Source: Callorhinchus milii (Eukaryota). From it: 64,000 nucleotides of DNA. The notes beneath the pieces are model-generated. The model was not told the origin of the DNA, ran no database searches, and was given only the letters and a program-made list of their open reading frames with translations. This document shows, piece after piece, positions 25,631 to 39,371 of the stretch. Made by a program: the position numbers and the translations under genes. Each line of letters begins with the position of its first letter. Position 1 is the stretch's first letter. The stretch lies in contig NW_024704742.1 in assembly GCF_018977255.1 (NCBI RefSeq), positions 45,262,001 through 45,326,000 of the forward strand. The letters are read 5' to 3'.

Positions 25631-26539
25631 AAAGGAGAGATGAGGATGATACTGGCTGCCAAGGATGCACATTGGATTGGCAAGATTGTGAGAGAGGTCA
25701 AGGAGGTTGAGGAGGTTGGAGATACAAGTGAGGAAATGTTGGCAGGAGCCAAGTCGGCTTGATCGTTTCCATGTCTAGTTTCACATAGACAGGACTGAGT
25801 AAAATCCGGACAGTATTTAATTAACAGTAAGGTAGAAATAAAAGTACTCAAATGTCAAGAGTAGGTTTATTGCTGCAATATTTAAAACCAAGAGGAATCT
25901 GAGAAAGAGAAATACTATATAAAAGGGTATGAGAAAAGCCAGGAGATGGTATGAAATGGATAGCTCTTTCAGAGAATCAGTGTTACTATAATGAGCTGAA
26001 TAATCTGTTGTATGTGCTGACCTCTGTTCATCTTAGAATAACATTATCCCAAAGCTGTTGTCAACATGCATTCATATTTGTCATTGGGTTCGCTTCTGAC
26101 TCCTGACTTTCTGTCCTGTTTCTGTATTCTATACGTTGGCCGGAACACTTATCTATTTATTATCTATCAGAAGGTAATCATGTTGATTTTCAGGGTTGGA
26201 AGGTGCATGGTTTCAAAGCAAAACACTCAGTGAATCCCGTGCATCAGATTGGATACTATGGATCCCAAACACCGCATAATAATGATGTTCCACTGTTTCA
26301 CAAATTAACCCCCAATATGGAATCTCAAGAAGGAAAAATAATTAGTACGCAATCTATTTTACATGTATTCCAGTGATATCAGTGAAGGTAACTTTGAGAG
26401 TAATAAAGCAAAGATTCCCATTATTTGCTTCAGTCTAAGAGTACTTTACTGTGTCACCTGTTAGAGACATTACATTTATCATCATATGCCCAACATTTTC
26501 TGGTATGGATCAAAAGGTCTGTAGAATAATATCATCGTA

Positions 26540-26775
26540 GACTTTAAACTAAGATCCCCTCTACCTGACTAGGTGGACGTTAAAAATCCCAAAGCACTAT
26601 TCAAAAAGAGGAGGACATTTCTGGCCAACAATCCCCCAAATCAATTTGGTTTTTCACTTCATGGCTATTTGTGGGATACTGCTGTGTGCAAATTAGCTGC
26701 CACATTCATCTACCCACAAACACATCCTCTCGACATAAAAGGTGCTATACCAAAATATAAGGATTATTATTATTT
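26540..26775 (+). mobile_element. DeuSINE-like SINE 3' part
   Basis: aggtggacgttaaaaatcccaaagcactattc...tgtgggatactgctgtgtgcaaattagctgcc. Confidence 0.75.
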
Positions 26776-26939
26776 ACGATTCAGGTCTCTTCCTTTGGCT
26801 CTTTCCTCTCTTGAGAAGAATAACAAAGATGACTTTCAGCCTGAAAGCTGTAAGCCATGAAAGATGTCTCATAGTATTGAACCAATTCTCATTAAAGCGA
26901 AGAAGACTGAGAGAATTCATGACTCAGGTTCTTTAAAGA

Positions 26940-27185
26940 AATGGTAGTTGTGGATAATGTAGATGTAAGCAGGTTATGTAGCTTATACTGTAACTGAGGA
27001 ACGAAAGGACATCAGTTAAAAAATTAGCAAGCCCCAAGCAACACTGAGGATTAGAAGAATTTTTTTCCCAACAGAGCAATAGCTAAGTGGAATAGACTTT
27101 CATCAATGGCACTTAATGTTATGTCAATTAACTCCTTTTAAAATGAGCTGGATGAATATCTGGTTGGATGAAGAGTAGAAGGAAA
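26940..27185 (+). mobile_element. Old CR1 3' fragment
   Basis: agaagaattttttttcccaacagagcaatagctaagtggaatagact (RRNFF.QR...WN.L-like), tttaaaaatgagctggatgaatat. Confidence 0.6.
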
Positions 27186-27519
27186 AAATTTAGTGGTTGC
27201 AGTCACATCAGTATTAACCTCTAGAGTGCCTAGCTCAAGTTCACTTGACCAAGCTTCTCGTTCACTGGAGATTGTCACTGAATTCATTCACTTGCTGCTC
27301 CCTCTGCCTGATTTAGAACCTGACAAGAGGTTAGAAATTGACTTTGAATCATCGAAGAAAATGTGGTATGTGATGGAATATTTTCACTGGTGTTAATTAT
27401 CACACAGACAGAAAATGTGGTTGAAACACATGCTTGAAACCTGTCCTTAACAACAGGTTTGGGAGTGAACATTCCTTTCCTTTGGGAGAATGTTTTCACC
27501 TGGAATGAGTTGTGGCTTC

Positions 27520-28583
27520 CTAGTTTCGCTCCTTTCTCTCCTGCCACTCCCTTCACAATCCCCTCCAATTGGGTTTCCGTGCTGCCCACAGCACAGAAAC
27601 AGCCCTCGTCAAAGTGACAAATGATATTCTATTCATCTGCGACCAGGGATCCATCTGCCTCGTCATCCTCCTTGCTGCCTTCGACACCATTGACTACTCT
27701 ATCCTCATCCACCACTTCTCTTCTCACCTCAACTTTAATGGCTCTGTCCTTGACTGGTTCAGGTTGTACCTCTCACACTGCCTCCACTTCATCTACACAA
27801 ATGGTTTCTCCTCTGGACCCTGCACGTCTTGTGCAATGTTCCTCAGGGCTCTTTCCTTGCTCCTTGGTTCCCTCCTCTTCAATATCTGTATGCTCCCTCT
27901 TGGTGATATCATCCACAGACATGGGGTCAACTTCCACATGTATGCGGATGACACACAACTGTGCCTCTCTGCCTCCACCCTTCACTCCAGGACCACTGCT
28001 GTGCTGACAGAATATCTGTCAGACATCAAGTCCTGGATGAAAGTTAACTTTCTTCAGTTGAATGTCAACAAGACCGAGTGTCTCCTGATTGACTCCCGTC
28101 AGCGCCTCCACACCTCAGACGCTGATAGCATCACCATCCATGGATGCACACTCCACCTCACTGAGACAGTCCGGAACCTTGTCATCTTGTTAGACCCTCA
28201 ACTATCCTTTCTACCCACATCCGTGCCATGACCAAATGCTCTTCTTGCTCTGCAATGTTGCCCAGCTGTGCCACTGTCTCACACCACAGGCCGCCAAAAT
28301 TCTCATGCATTCATTACATCGAGGCTTGACTATGCAAACTCCTTGCTTGTCGGCCTCCCCAACTCCTCCCTCCATAAGCTGTAGATCATCCAGAACTCTG
28401 CAGCCCGTGTCCTCTCCTGCACCAGGCTCCATGACCCTACCACCTCCATTCTCGCCCAACTCCACTGGCTACCCATCACACAGAGGATACAGTTCAAGAT
28501 GCTGGTCCTCACTTTCCAAGCTCTCCATGGCCTTGCTCTCCGCTACCTCTGCGACCTACTAAACCCCCTACCATCCTGCCCCA
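27520..28583 (+). mobile_element. L2 LINE RT fragment
   Basis: ORF 27569-28231: GFRAAHSTETALVKVTND, AAFDTID, FHMYADDTQL, FLQLNVNKTE; frameshifted. Confidence 0.92.
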
Positions 28584-29229
28584 TTTTACATTTATAAAAC
28601 GCCTGTCACGTCAGGAGAATTTCTAAAGTGCTTAATTGAACTTTGTGTGCAAGAGGTAGACCCTCAATGCTCTTCTCAGTAATCAAGTCCATATACTTAT
28701 GGCACTGGACACCTGCCTCTAACTGCAGGTTAGTGGGATACTAAACTAAAGAAATTACATCGACCCAGCTGCAAGGAACTCACCACTGATAATTGATATT
28801 TAGAATCCATCTTGCGTACAATGTAATAAATTGACTATAATGTGAATACTCTGCCCAACATTATTCCTTCATTTCATACTCTTTCATGCCTTAATTTGTG
28901 GTTTATTTTATTCCAATATGTGTAGGATGCAGCCTGAATTTGCCGGCAGAATTATTTAAATAGTGTACTATGATTACATTTTAGAGACAACTGTTCCACA
29001 TTGATAAATTTATGATTATGAATTTAGTGGAGAATTAGTTGATGGATAGACAATTTTAAAATATATATTCTTGCAATACTTACATATGAATTATGAGACA
29101 ATGAATTATGGGTGATTTTTGCAATGTTTCATAATGCATTTGATTTAATACATTATGAAAACCTGCAAGTTTCATTTATGTAAATCTAGATATAAATATG
29201 ATACATGCAATCTTTACCTGAGACTAAAA

Positions 29230-30011
29230 CAATGCAATAATCATAATCCTTGCTTTTGATTTAGCACATTATCATGCCAACACCTCTCAAAGGGCTTCAA
29301 AGAGTTTTCTGTCAAGTTTAATGACTCTGGATTTGTAGACTAGTGTTGCAGCCAATTTGCATACAGCAATGTCCCACAAATAGTTATGAAGTAAATAATC
29401 AACTTTAAATAGGGGATAGTTAGTCAAGACACCAGGAAAAAAATCTTTTAATTGTTTGGTATTGTCATAGGATCCTAACATCCACCAGAATAGAAAATGG
29501 GACCTCAGTTTAACATCTCATTCACAGGATGACACCTCCAGTAATACACCACACCCCTATCATGGCATTGAAGTGTCAGTCCAGAACAGCATTTCTCAAA
29601 GGTGGCCACTACAGCTACATGTGGCAACCTGCATGATTTCCTGTGGCCACAGGAGCTGTCGGCTCAAAAGGAGGGAGAATAAGTGTGCATGTGTGGAGCA
29701 CAAGAAAGTGCATACTGGTCCTGGTAGTTCAACCGTATATTAGGGCCACTGCTGCAGATGCAGTGGCTGGACTATCGCTCCCACAAAGTTAGCCAGGCAC
29801 TCAGGGATGCGTCAGGAGAGGAATGGCACATGCACAGGTCTCCTGGTGCGTGGCCGGCCATGAGTGAGCAATGAATGAGTGTGACAGTTGAGCTTTGGTA
29901 GGTTTGAGCAGCGAGGAGACACCTCAGTCATGACCTTTGCTCCCACCTTACATGAGGCTTGAACCTACAACCTTGTGATCTGGAGCACTACTGACTGACG
30001 CAGACTGACAC
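29230..30011 (-). mobile_element. DeuSINE-like SINE interrupted by a hAT-type MITE
   Basis: Tail and core 29230-29586; head (gtaggttcaagcctc, gtgtcagtctgcgtcagtcagtag) 29930-30011. Confidence 0.7.
29587..29930 (+). mobile_element. Non-autonomous hAT(Charlie)-like element, copy A
   Basis: Starts cagcatttctcaaaggtgg after target-like gtccagaa; internal sequence homologous to 30287-30460. Confidence 0.55.
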
Positions 30012-30286
30012 ATGGCATGAACATTCCCTGAACTGCATCTGCCATCTATTTGTAGCTCTGGAGAGTTAAACACAACCAAGCATCAAAAAGACCTCAATCA
30101 AATATAAAGTGGGTTAAACACAGGGCAAAGCTTCCTGTTTTATTCCAGTGGGCTACCAACTGAGCCAGACTGACACCTAACCCTGGAAAAGCAACGTGTT
30201 TTTGAAAAAAAAACTACTGCACTAATCCTGTCAACAAGTGAACCAAATGCAGCCTCACGTAAGGACTTTGAACAGATATAGTGGAC

Positions 30287-30480
30287 CAGTGTTTCTCAGT
30301 GAGGCGGTAGGGGAGGGAGAGTGTGTATGTGCATGTGTGGAGCTCAGTTCATGATGGTCCTTGTAGTTTGAACGTTCATAAGGCCCGCTGCTGCAGAGGG
30401 GGCAGTTGGACTTCAGCTCCCAGGGAGCACCGCGTTAGCAGGTGGCCTGCCATCGCGTGATCGCACACTATCCCTCCCTT
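30287..30480 (+). mobile_element. Non-autonomous hAT(Charlie)-like element, copy B
   Basis: Starts cagtgtttctca; shares ggagggaga..gtgcatgtgtggagc..tggtcc..gtagtt..gctgctgcaga..ggact..gctccca with copy A. Confidence 0.55.
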
Positions 30481-33472
30481 TCAGTTTCTCCCTATGGGTC
30501 AGCTGGCTCAAGAAGGGCAGATGTAATTCAGATTACAGAAAATGAACCAGTAAGTGTTGATGGCTGCACACTGAGCCCACCAAAACAATTGTGGAACCAG
30601 TTAGTGAACTCTAGTCTGTGTGAGTTCAAATTCCCAACTTGGGGCCAGTCAGAATCTTCTGTCTCAGAGAACGGTCTTGCCAACTGAACCAAACTGACAC
30701 CTGAATATATTAACATGAACAGGCAGATGGTCCCTCAGTTCACTATCTTGACCAAAGGACTGCAGCTCTGACAATGCCAGTGTTCCTCCAGCACTGAAAA
30801 TACAATGGAAATGGAAGAAAAACAAAATGTATCAAAACAGAAATACAGAATAAATGTAATGACACTGACTGACTGGTTTTCTTTATAGCTATATCATAAA
30901 TGTTTCACTCCAAAGCATACTTAATGGTAACAATATATGTTCAGAAGACGAGGTTTATGACTTTAGTGAAGCAATAATTTAGAGGCAGCAAAACCATGGA
31001 CTTTTTTTTAAAATAGCAACAGAAAGAAAAACTGTTTCTAAGCCCCTGGCTAATGTAAAAACAATTATTGATTACAGAGACCAGATGAAACAAGCTGATT
31101 ATTGTGTTGTTTTCAGTTTCTGATGCATGGACCTTCAGAGACGAGCATTCCCTCTAAAGCTTTACATTTTTTATAGCCAATTGGTAATACACTCGCATTA
31201 GCGTCAACCTGTAATTCCTACTTGTTGCAGTCAGAAGAATATATATTATTCTGTGTTTATAGCACTCTTCTTTTGCTATTTCATCTATCCTCATTTTTAT
31301 AGTCAACAACCAATAAAGTCACTGCCTAGCTTCAGTAGTACCACATTATGCTTTAAATGTTTTAACACAGCTTCAAGTCTACTTCTGCTGGAGCATCACA
31401 TCTAATGACTTTAAATGACTTAAATATAGACTTCTGCAAACCCTGGAAATTTTCAAGACAAATTCATTTTGTATTTGTTCCTACAGAAACAGCACTGATT
31501 TAAAAAAAAGATATTTTGCAATCACCAATTTCTGAAAGTGAGAATCAGTGCATTTTCTATTTTATCCTCAAACATTTTATAGGCTTATTAAAGGCTGCGA
31601 AGAGTTGAAAAGATGAAACATGTAGTCCATTCTTAGGTGCATGATTTCAGCTTTACACTGATTCTTTAATCATAATAATAAGAAAATAATAATCTTTACA
31701 TTTAGCGCCTGTAACATTGAAATGTCTCCAAGCTCTTCAAAACATCAAATTACTGTAAAGTGAAGCGACCATATATTTGTAGAAAAACACAGCAGCCAAT
31801 TTGTGTGTAGCAATATCCCACAACATTCCAGTGAACTTTTGGGAATGTGCTGCATTCTTGGAAATGCCTCAATTTGGAAAAGACATTAAACCCAGGCCCC
31901 ATCTGCCTGTTGCTGTGGACATTAAAGAACCCGTAATTCCATTCAAAATGAGAAGGCAGTTTCTTCTCGTGGCCAACATTCCTCCATTTAAATTAATCAT
32001 TCTCCTCATGATTGTCTGGGGACATTGCTATGTGCAAGTTCATTGCTACATACAAATTTGCAAATACATAATTGTCACACTTTACCATTTAATGTGGTAA
32101 GTCAACATATCAATTGCTCAGATTATTATTTTTTTCAGCATCTATGAGGGAATGACCAATTAATATTTGAGATTGTTGGTCAGGACACTGGGAGAAACTC
32201 TCTTCTCTTCTATATAGCATGGGATCTGTAACACCGACCTGTACAGGCAGACTTGGTTTAACATCTCATTTGAAAGGCAGATCAATTATAGATCTCAAAT
32301 AAAAAATGCATATATTTTCAAAGCCGAGCCATTGAGAGTATCTCATCTTGATTACTTACTTTTAATTTACTTATTTATTCATTTTTTTATTTATTTACTT
32401 AAAAGTTGTAACTTTTGGAACAATTTGGTTAGGAACTTGCTTAACAATGACTTTATTCATTTTGTAAAGAAACAACAACTTGAGTCGTTTCTACCATAAA
32501 ATACAGTCGATCCATGTTACAATATATTCTGTGAATCACTTTGAGATATCTCAGCGACGTAATAAGTTAATAAGATACAACATGAAATGCAACAATTATT
32601 ATTATTATTATTAAGAGTCAAATATTGATGACAGTTAACATATTTGTATCACAATTCCCACTGGAACTGTGGGATCCTGACCAGTGTGTTTTATGGCTGA
32701 TGTGTTCTGAATGAATGGGGCAAGTTATTGCATTTTGCCAGTTTGTTGACATGTACTTTGATGAGGAAGTGAGCTGGGAAGCTCAATAGAAGGATTAGTG
32801 CTGACACTACATAAGTAGCATAATTAGCTTTGCAATTAGTAAGCTAACTCCTCTGGGTAAAAAAGCTTCTAAAACTTGCATTCAATAGGCATATAAATAA
32901 ATGCATGACCATTAGCTTCTATCAATTACTGCCTCAAGAATTTCTAGGCATTTATTGCACATTTGGGTTGCTTTAAACGGACTTGAGATCTCCAGGTCTA
33001 TATGGGCCTTGATCCAAATGGATTGAATTAGCTTTGTTAAGTCAGCAAGGGATGAGAACCAAATTGTTAGTAGTCTTTGAGAGAAGTTATCAACAACACT
33101 TCAAACTTGCAATTTACGTTATTTGCATTGCAATCTGGTTTGTGATGTTTGAGAAACTGAAAAGATGAAACATGTTATATTTCTATTTATTTGCGACTCT
33201 TGGTTTGGGAAATTAATGCCTGCAAAACCTCAAATCAGCAGAGTCTGCAAAAAACACAGCATGCATAATCGCATGGGAAATACTTGCCAATGTTTTCTTA
33301 TCGTCCTGTTTGGATTTATCCTAATTGGGATTCACAATTTGCTGGCTACAAATTTTGTAAACAACAAGTCACAAGCAGGGAAACTGAAGTCCTACCCTTA
33401 ATGGGTAAGATGACTTGAAGTTAACATTTAAAATGTAAATTAGAAGCTAGTTCTTTTGAAAAGTCTTTAGAG

Positions 33473-33621
33473 CAGAGGTGGCCAACCTTTATGGTGAACC
33501 AACAAAATAAATGTTCTTGATTGAATATTTCTTGATTTATGCCATATATCATTTATGTTACCTCTTGACGGCCTATGGTCACTCAGTAAGACCTTCAAGC
33601 CACATGGTTTGGCCACCACTG
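33473..33621. mobile_element. hAT-type MITE with TIRs
   Basis: TIRs cagaggtggccaa / ttggccaccactg; flanks ctttagag (left) and tttagag (right) fit an 8-bp TSD with one base lost. Confidence 0.75.
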
Positions 33622-34810
33622 TTTAGAGGTAGTTATTTCCTGGAGGGTACTGGGTTCCAAGAGATTGAAGAGCCAGATTATAAAGCATTGGACCCAAGCC
33701 AGGTAAGGTGTTCTGGGTTATAGAGGAAAACAATGATCAATAAATTAGTAGTTCAGGCACCAAATCATTAATGTTAAATGGAGTAGCAATCAAATGGAAA
33801 AAAAAAGTGTGTCTTCAATAAGAATTAAACTTTTATTATCAGTTATTGCAATCAGAGGAACTTCTGTTTAATGTCTGAAATTGTATAAACGTGAATTTGA
33901 AATAGTAATTACACATTACAGTAAATTCTGTGAAGCATTTGAAAACATACTCTCTAAGTAAAAGGCTTACAACAAATGCAAAAATTATAATTATTATTTT
34001 CAGACAAGAAAAGATCCAAGAAGTCAACTTTTACTGGTGTTTAGGAACCAATTTTGTTTGTTAGAATTTTTTTTTCAGAATCCATGAGTTCAGATGTAAA
34101 ATAAAAGTCACAAAGAGAATAATCACTTGCAGTTTGAGAATCTTGGATCCATAATGGTTTTAAATGTGAAAAACTATACTTTTCATAAAGGGCAAGACAT
34201 AGGGTGATATCATGACAAATGTGATTTGATAATTATCACTGCTGATCCCAATCACATCATATTATAAGTTCCATTTCTTCCTCTTGTAAAAGTAGAGAGA
34301 CTAGACAGAAATGACCGTTTCACCTTGAATGGTTACATTTCTGACTATAACTGATGTTTGCAAAGGTTGCAATTGAATTTAGTTTTTCACAAATTGTTCT
34401 TATTCATCAAGGTTAAACTGAAATTTTCCATTTTTGACAAAGATGATGAATTTGGTCTGAACAAAGGTGTCACTATAAAACCATTTATGGAACTCACTAA
34501 TCGAGTACAAAAGTGCAAAATCCTGAAAGAAAAGGCTTAACAATCAATAAAAATGACAAACTTGCAAAATCGTTGAATCCATTTTGAAGCCACATAAAAA
34601 TTAACATAAAGGGCAACTTTTGTGAATAGTGGTCAAAATGCTAAATCAACAACAAAAAAACAGTCTTTTATGTACCAGTATTGGATTTTGGGTAACAACA
34701 ATTTTGAGAGGTAGAGTCATTTTTAGGGCTGTGATAACTGTGTTGGAAGCACAATGCAATTAGACATTATTCAAATGGTAAGGCAGATTTCCGAGTTTCA
34801 GAAGTGTGAG

Positions 34811-35045
34811 AACAATAACATTTACACTTACATATAAGGCCTTTCACATTGGGAGGCATCCCAAAATGCTGGACAACTCTGCCTGGGCACCAGAGCTGAA
34901 GGCGAGAGCTGAGGTGGTGAGGAAGGGAAAGACAATCAAATGAGTCGTCGAAGAGGCATATTGTGAGGCATACCTTAATAGAAGGGAGGGAAAGAGAGAA
35001 CAGGTCAGAGGGATGTGGGATTTGAGTTCCAGACAGCAGGCGCCA
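34811..35045 (-). mobile_element. L2 3' tail fragment (type B)
   Basis: tttgggatgcctcccaatgtgaaaggccttatatgtaagtgtaa; IKVCLTICLFD C-terminus. Confidence 0.7.
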
Positions 35046-35914
35046 AGTGATGTGGGAACAATCTGATAACTTTCTTAGATAAAGAATTGTACGCAAGTCT
35101 TATAGCACAAACAAGAACAGGAGAGGAAATTAATAAATCCATTGGAAACAAAACTGACTCCTCTGGGTTTATTTCTAAATACAGATAAATACATTTTGGA
35201 TTATCCTAATTCCTTGAAGATAAAAAAAACTTTCATTGCGATCAATAGACCTGACAGCTACTCCAACACAGTGTTGGAGGAGTACTGCAGTGTAGGAGGT
35301 GTTGACTTTTGGATGAAATGTTAAAACAGATCCCATGGCAGTATTCAAAAAGAGAAGAGAGTTTTTTCTGGAGTTCGGTACAATAATGTCCCAGATTAAA
35401 AATAATGTCCATTCACTTTAAGGCTGTGTGTAGCCTTAAAGTTGGCCATTAATTTGGCCTTTCAATGGACAGTCAAACTTTACATCAATTCCTTGTGAAT
35501 CGATTTGAGATGTTTTGACATCATAGACACTATATCAATTACAAGTATTATTATTTTTATTTATTAGAAATTACAACTGTGTTTTCCTATTGACCCTAAT
35601 CAGGATCTCAGAATGGCAGACAATCTCTTTTATTTTTATTCCTTCCTTGGGATATTTATATTGAGGCCAATAAAATCATTCTTCACCTTTTCACAGTAAA
35701 CTACTATTTTCAAATTGGATACTGAACGTCAGTTGACTGGGAACAAAGCACTACTTTGTTTGCGTGAACTAGATATTCAATATAAAAGAATTGTTCTGGT
35801 GAAAATATTCTGAAACTTGTAAATGCAAAATATGCTTTTGGGATTGAAATTCTTAGTCACTAGTCACCGGCTCAGGCTTAACCAAATGAACCAATCCAAT
35901 AGGTAATAACTAAG

Positions 35915-37705
35915 CCTGGCTGGTACTTTTTTGTCATTGGGGTGTCTGACACATGCGGATATCAATCAGCATGCCTAACGGGTATCCAAACCAGACTGAG
36001 AGTTCCACATATGTACACAATTTCACATGGAAATTTCTCTGTGTCTGGAATGGAATGTGCATTCTCTCCTTGGAGGGACACATCCTGTCTACCTAATCAC
36101 AAAGAGTATTAGGCAAAGGTTGGGAAGAGACAGATTGCAAGAGTTTTTATAAATACATTAAGAGGAATAGGCTAGCAAAAGTAAATGTGGGTCCATTATA
36201 GGCAGAGACAGGAAAAATTATAATGGGGGATAAGGATATGGCATGCTTAACAAATATTTTAAATGTTTTTGAGGACATATTAGGTAGATTAGATAGGGGG
36301 GAATCAGTGGATGTAGTGTATTTAGATTTCCAAAAGACATTCGATAAGGTGCCGCATAAAAGGTTGATCCACAAGATTAGGGCCCATGGAATTAAGGGGA
36401 ATATATTAGCATGGATTGAAGAATGGCTAACGGGAAGAAAACGAAGAGTAGGGATAAACGGGTCCTTCTCAGATTGGCAGGATGTGATCAGTGGAGTGCC
36501 ACAAGGATCAGTGCTTGGGCTTCAACTATTTACAATCTATATCAACAATTTAGATGAGGACATCAAACTTAATATATCCAAATTTGCAGATGACACTAAA
36601 CTAGGAGGGAGAGTAAACACCAAGGATGACATAAAAAAATGCAACAAGATATAGATAGGGTAGGTGAGTGGGCAAATAAGTGGCAGATAAAGTATAATGT
36701 AGGGAAGTGTGAAGTCATCCACCTAGGTGGCAAAGACAGTAGAGCAGATTACTTTTTAGAAGGGGAGAGACTGGATAGTGTTAGCGTTCAGAGGGACTTG
36801 GGTGTCCTTGTACACCAGTCACAAAAAGTTAGTTTGCAGGTACAGCAAGCAATTAGGAAGCCTAATGGTATGTTGGCATTTGTTCCAAAAGGTTAGAATA
36901 TAAGAGTAGGGAAGTCTTGCTGCAACTGAATACGGCCCTGGTGAGACCCCACTTAAAGTATTGCATGCAGTTTTGGTCTCCTTATTTAAGAAAGGATGTA
37001 ATCAACTTGGAGGGCGTACAACGTAGATTCACTTGGTTGGTACCTGGAATAAGGGGGATGAGTTATGAGGATAGGTTGAGCAATTTAGGCCTATATAGAA
37101 TATAGAAGAATGAGAGGTAATCCTTTAGAAACCTATAAGATTATTAAGGGGCACAACAGAGTAGATAGTGGAAGACTTTTTCCCTTAGTTGGAGAAACTA
37201 TAACCAGGGGTCACAGTCTTAAAATTAGGGGTAAGCCCTTTCGCACTGAGTTGAGGAAAAACTTCTTCACTCAGAGGATAGTGAATTTATTGAATTCTCT
37301 ACTCCAAAGGGCTGTAAATGTTCAGTCCTTGAACATATTCAAGACTGAGGTTGATAGATTTCTTGTAGATAAAGAAATTAAGGGATATGGGGATAAGGCT
37401 GGTAGGTGGAGTTAGAATATATCAGCCATGATCTTATTCAATGGCGGGGTAGACTTGAGGGGCCGAATGGCCTACTCCTGCTCCTAATTCTTATGTTCTT
37501 ATGTTCTTATGATTGAGGACCTCAATCCTTAGGGTACTGCTGGAATTTAAGAAGCTAAAACCCCATAGCTTGCCACTGAGAGCACTGTCTGGCAAGCTTT
37601 GAGCTAATTGACCAGCCAGGATTATTGTTCCATTAGGTCTTTGAGTTGCAGGGTTAACAGGAGCTGAGTAGCAAGAATCCCTGCCCGAGTGATTGGTCTG
37701 CCTGG
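35915..37705 (+). repeat. Unclassified dispersed repeat, copy 4, split by CR1 (pieces ~35915-36128 and ~37512-37705)
   Basis: Left piece matches 20-210; right piece matches reverse 1780-1930 and 40330-40430. Confidence 0.7.
36129..37511 (+). mobile_element. CR1 LINE, 5'-truncated, RT C-terminal half and 3' UTR
   Basis: VDVVYLDFQKTFDKVPH, SGVPQGSVLG, KFADDTKLGG, ALVRPHLKYC, NFFTQRIVNL; 3' UTR gggccgaatggcctactcctgctcc and (ttcttatg)x3 tail. Confidence 0.95.
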
Positions 37706-38335
37706 TGCAGTTAGTTACATTCCTAATTCTGTGTTAGGAAGTTGTGGGTTGACTCTCCATGCTGGGTCTTCAAGTCTGGAGTTAAAAGTCTGAAGTTAAA
37801 AGTCTGATACTGTGTGAGGGCTCCATTGCTGAAGATGCCATCCTTCACTTGAGAGTTTAAACAGAAATCTTGACTGCTGTCCTTCTACCCATTCAAGTTG
37901 ATGTTGAAGATTTCATGACACAATTTGAAAAAAGAAAGAAGTTTTGCCAGTGTCCTGGCCACAATCCTCCAGATAAAATTGATCATTCACTGTATGCCTT
38001 GGGACACTAATGTGTGCAAATTGGATGCACGCTTTGCACAGAACAATCATTACACTTGACAGCAATCATCTGTGAAATGCTTTGAGAAGTTTCAGATCTT
38101 TCTGGTGCTATATCAATCAAATACATGGATTATTATCAACTGCTCCAACTATTCCCCATGAAAATTGTGAAAATTCGCCTCATGGCTGTTTATGAGACTT
38201 TGATGTGTGCAAATTGGCTGGTCCACTCACCTACAAAATACACAATCACTACACTTTAGAGTAAATCCTATGAACGCTTTGAGACATCCTCTTGATGTGA
38301 AAGGCTCTATATCAAATGCAAGATTATAAGAATTA
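37705..38335 (+). mobile_element. DeuSINE-like SINE plus a second tandem tail
   Basis: gttgtgggttgactc head, gatgccatcc..gatttcatgacac..gtgtcctggcc core, two gtgtgcaaattgg..tatatcaa tails. Confidence 0.75.
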
Positions 38336-39371
38336 TCCAGGCCGGTGATAATTATTTACTGCTTCTGACCCCAGTTTGGGTCAGTATAATGCTATCACTC
38401 ATGATTATATTATCACTGATGGTAATCATACATGACACAATTTTGGCCAAGTTGTTAAATTATAATAAGAATAATCCTTAAATTTTATATAGCACCATTC
38501 ATGTCAGGAGAATGTCTATAAAGCACTACAGAAGATATACTGTAAAGTGCAATAGCTATGTATTTTTTGCAGGCAAAATGTGGCAGCTAATTTGCACAGA
38601 GCAATTTTGCACAATTTATTGACAGTTACTAATATTTAAACTTATTATAGTCCAGTGTCATTAACACTTCAATGCATTCAATATTAATAAAAATATTGTT
38701 GGATTTGTCCATTATATCCAACTTTGTAGTATTGTTTATGATCCATGGTAGCTCACTTTATATTGCTGTGACACTTGTGGCAGTCTTCCCAGTTCTTTCC
38801 ATGTGGGAGGCCACATTTATTTGCAAGCTATTTCTGCCCAGGCTACACTGCACTCTCCAAATGTGGGCAGTTTCTGCAGGCTGAAGATAGCATGATGCCT
38901 TTAAGCTGCAATTCCCTGAAGGATACCTCGTACATGGCTTTTGATCCATACAATTCCTATGCCTTAAACTGGCATGGGAAGCAAATTTAGATGAGTTGAG
39001 AAAGGCTAAATAGTTTATTTCCAAGTTATTGAACACATTAACTTGCATGATAGTATTGTTGATTTGATTGGACAGCTTAATTTACTGCTATCAATATTGC
39101 CTTTTTCACAAAAGTGGAAAATGCAGAATTAGCACTTCACTGATAAATAATTAGCAGCAGCACCACTTATTCACTTACAGGCCGAATCCTTCATCTGTCT
39201 GTTAAATGTATAATCTATCCAATAATATTTTTTTCAGACAAAATGGTCTACAGGTTGATATCGGTGTTAACATTCGGCCAGGATTGACAATACTGACAGC
39301 ATATTTGACTTTGACTTTATTTGACTTCACTTGTGGTGCTTCTGGTGAGAATTAATTTTATTAATCCTAAT

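Noticed and set aside
35415..35442. Small hairpins (also 37567-37598, 45926-45954, 60776-60796)
   Set aside because: Arms of 8-11 bp are near chance expectation in 64 kb of AT-rich DNA, and some lie within repeats.
38758..39048. Possible DNA-transposase remnant (LKASCYLQ..AHIWR)
   Set aside because: A single vague motif with no supporting neighbours.
39179..39198. 20-nt minus-strand micro-exon (cag|ACAGATGAAGGATTCGGCCT|gtaagt)
   Set aside because: Poor polypyrimidine tract, unrecognised peptide and no partner exons.
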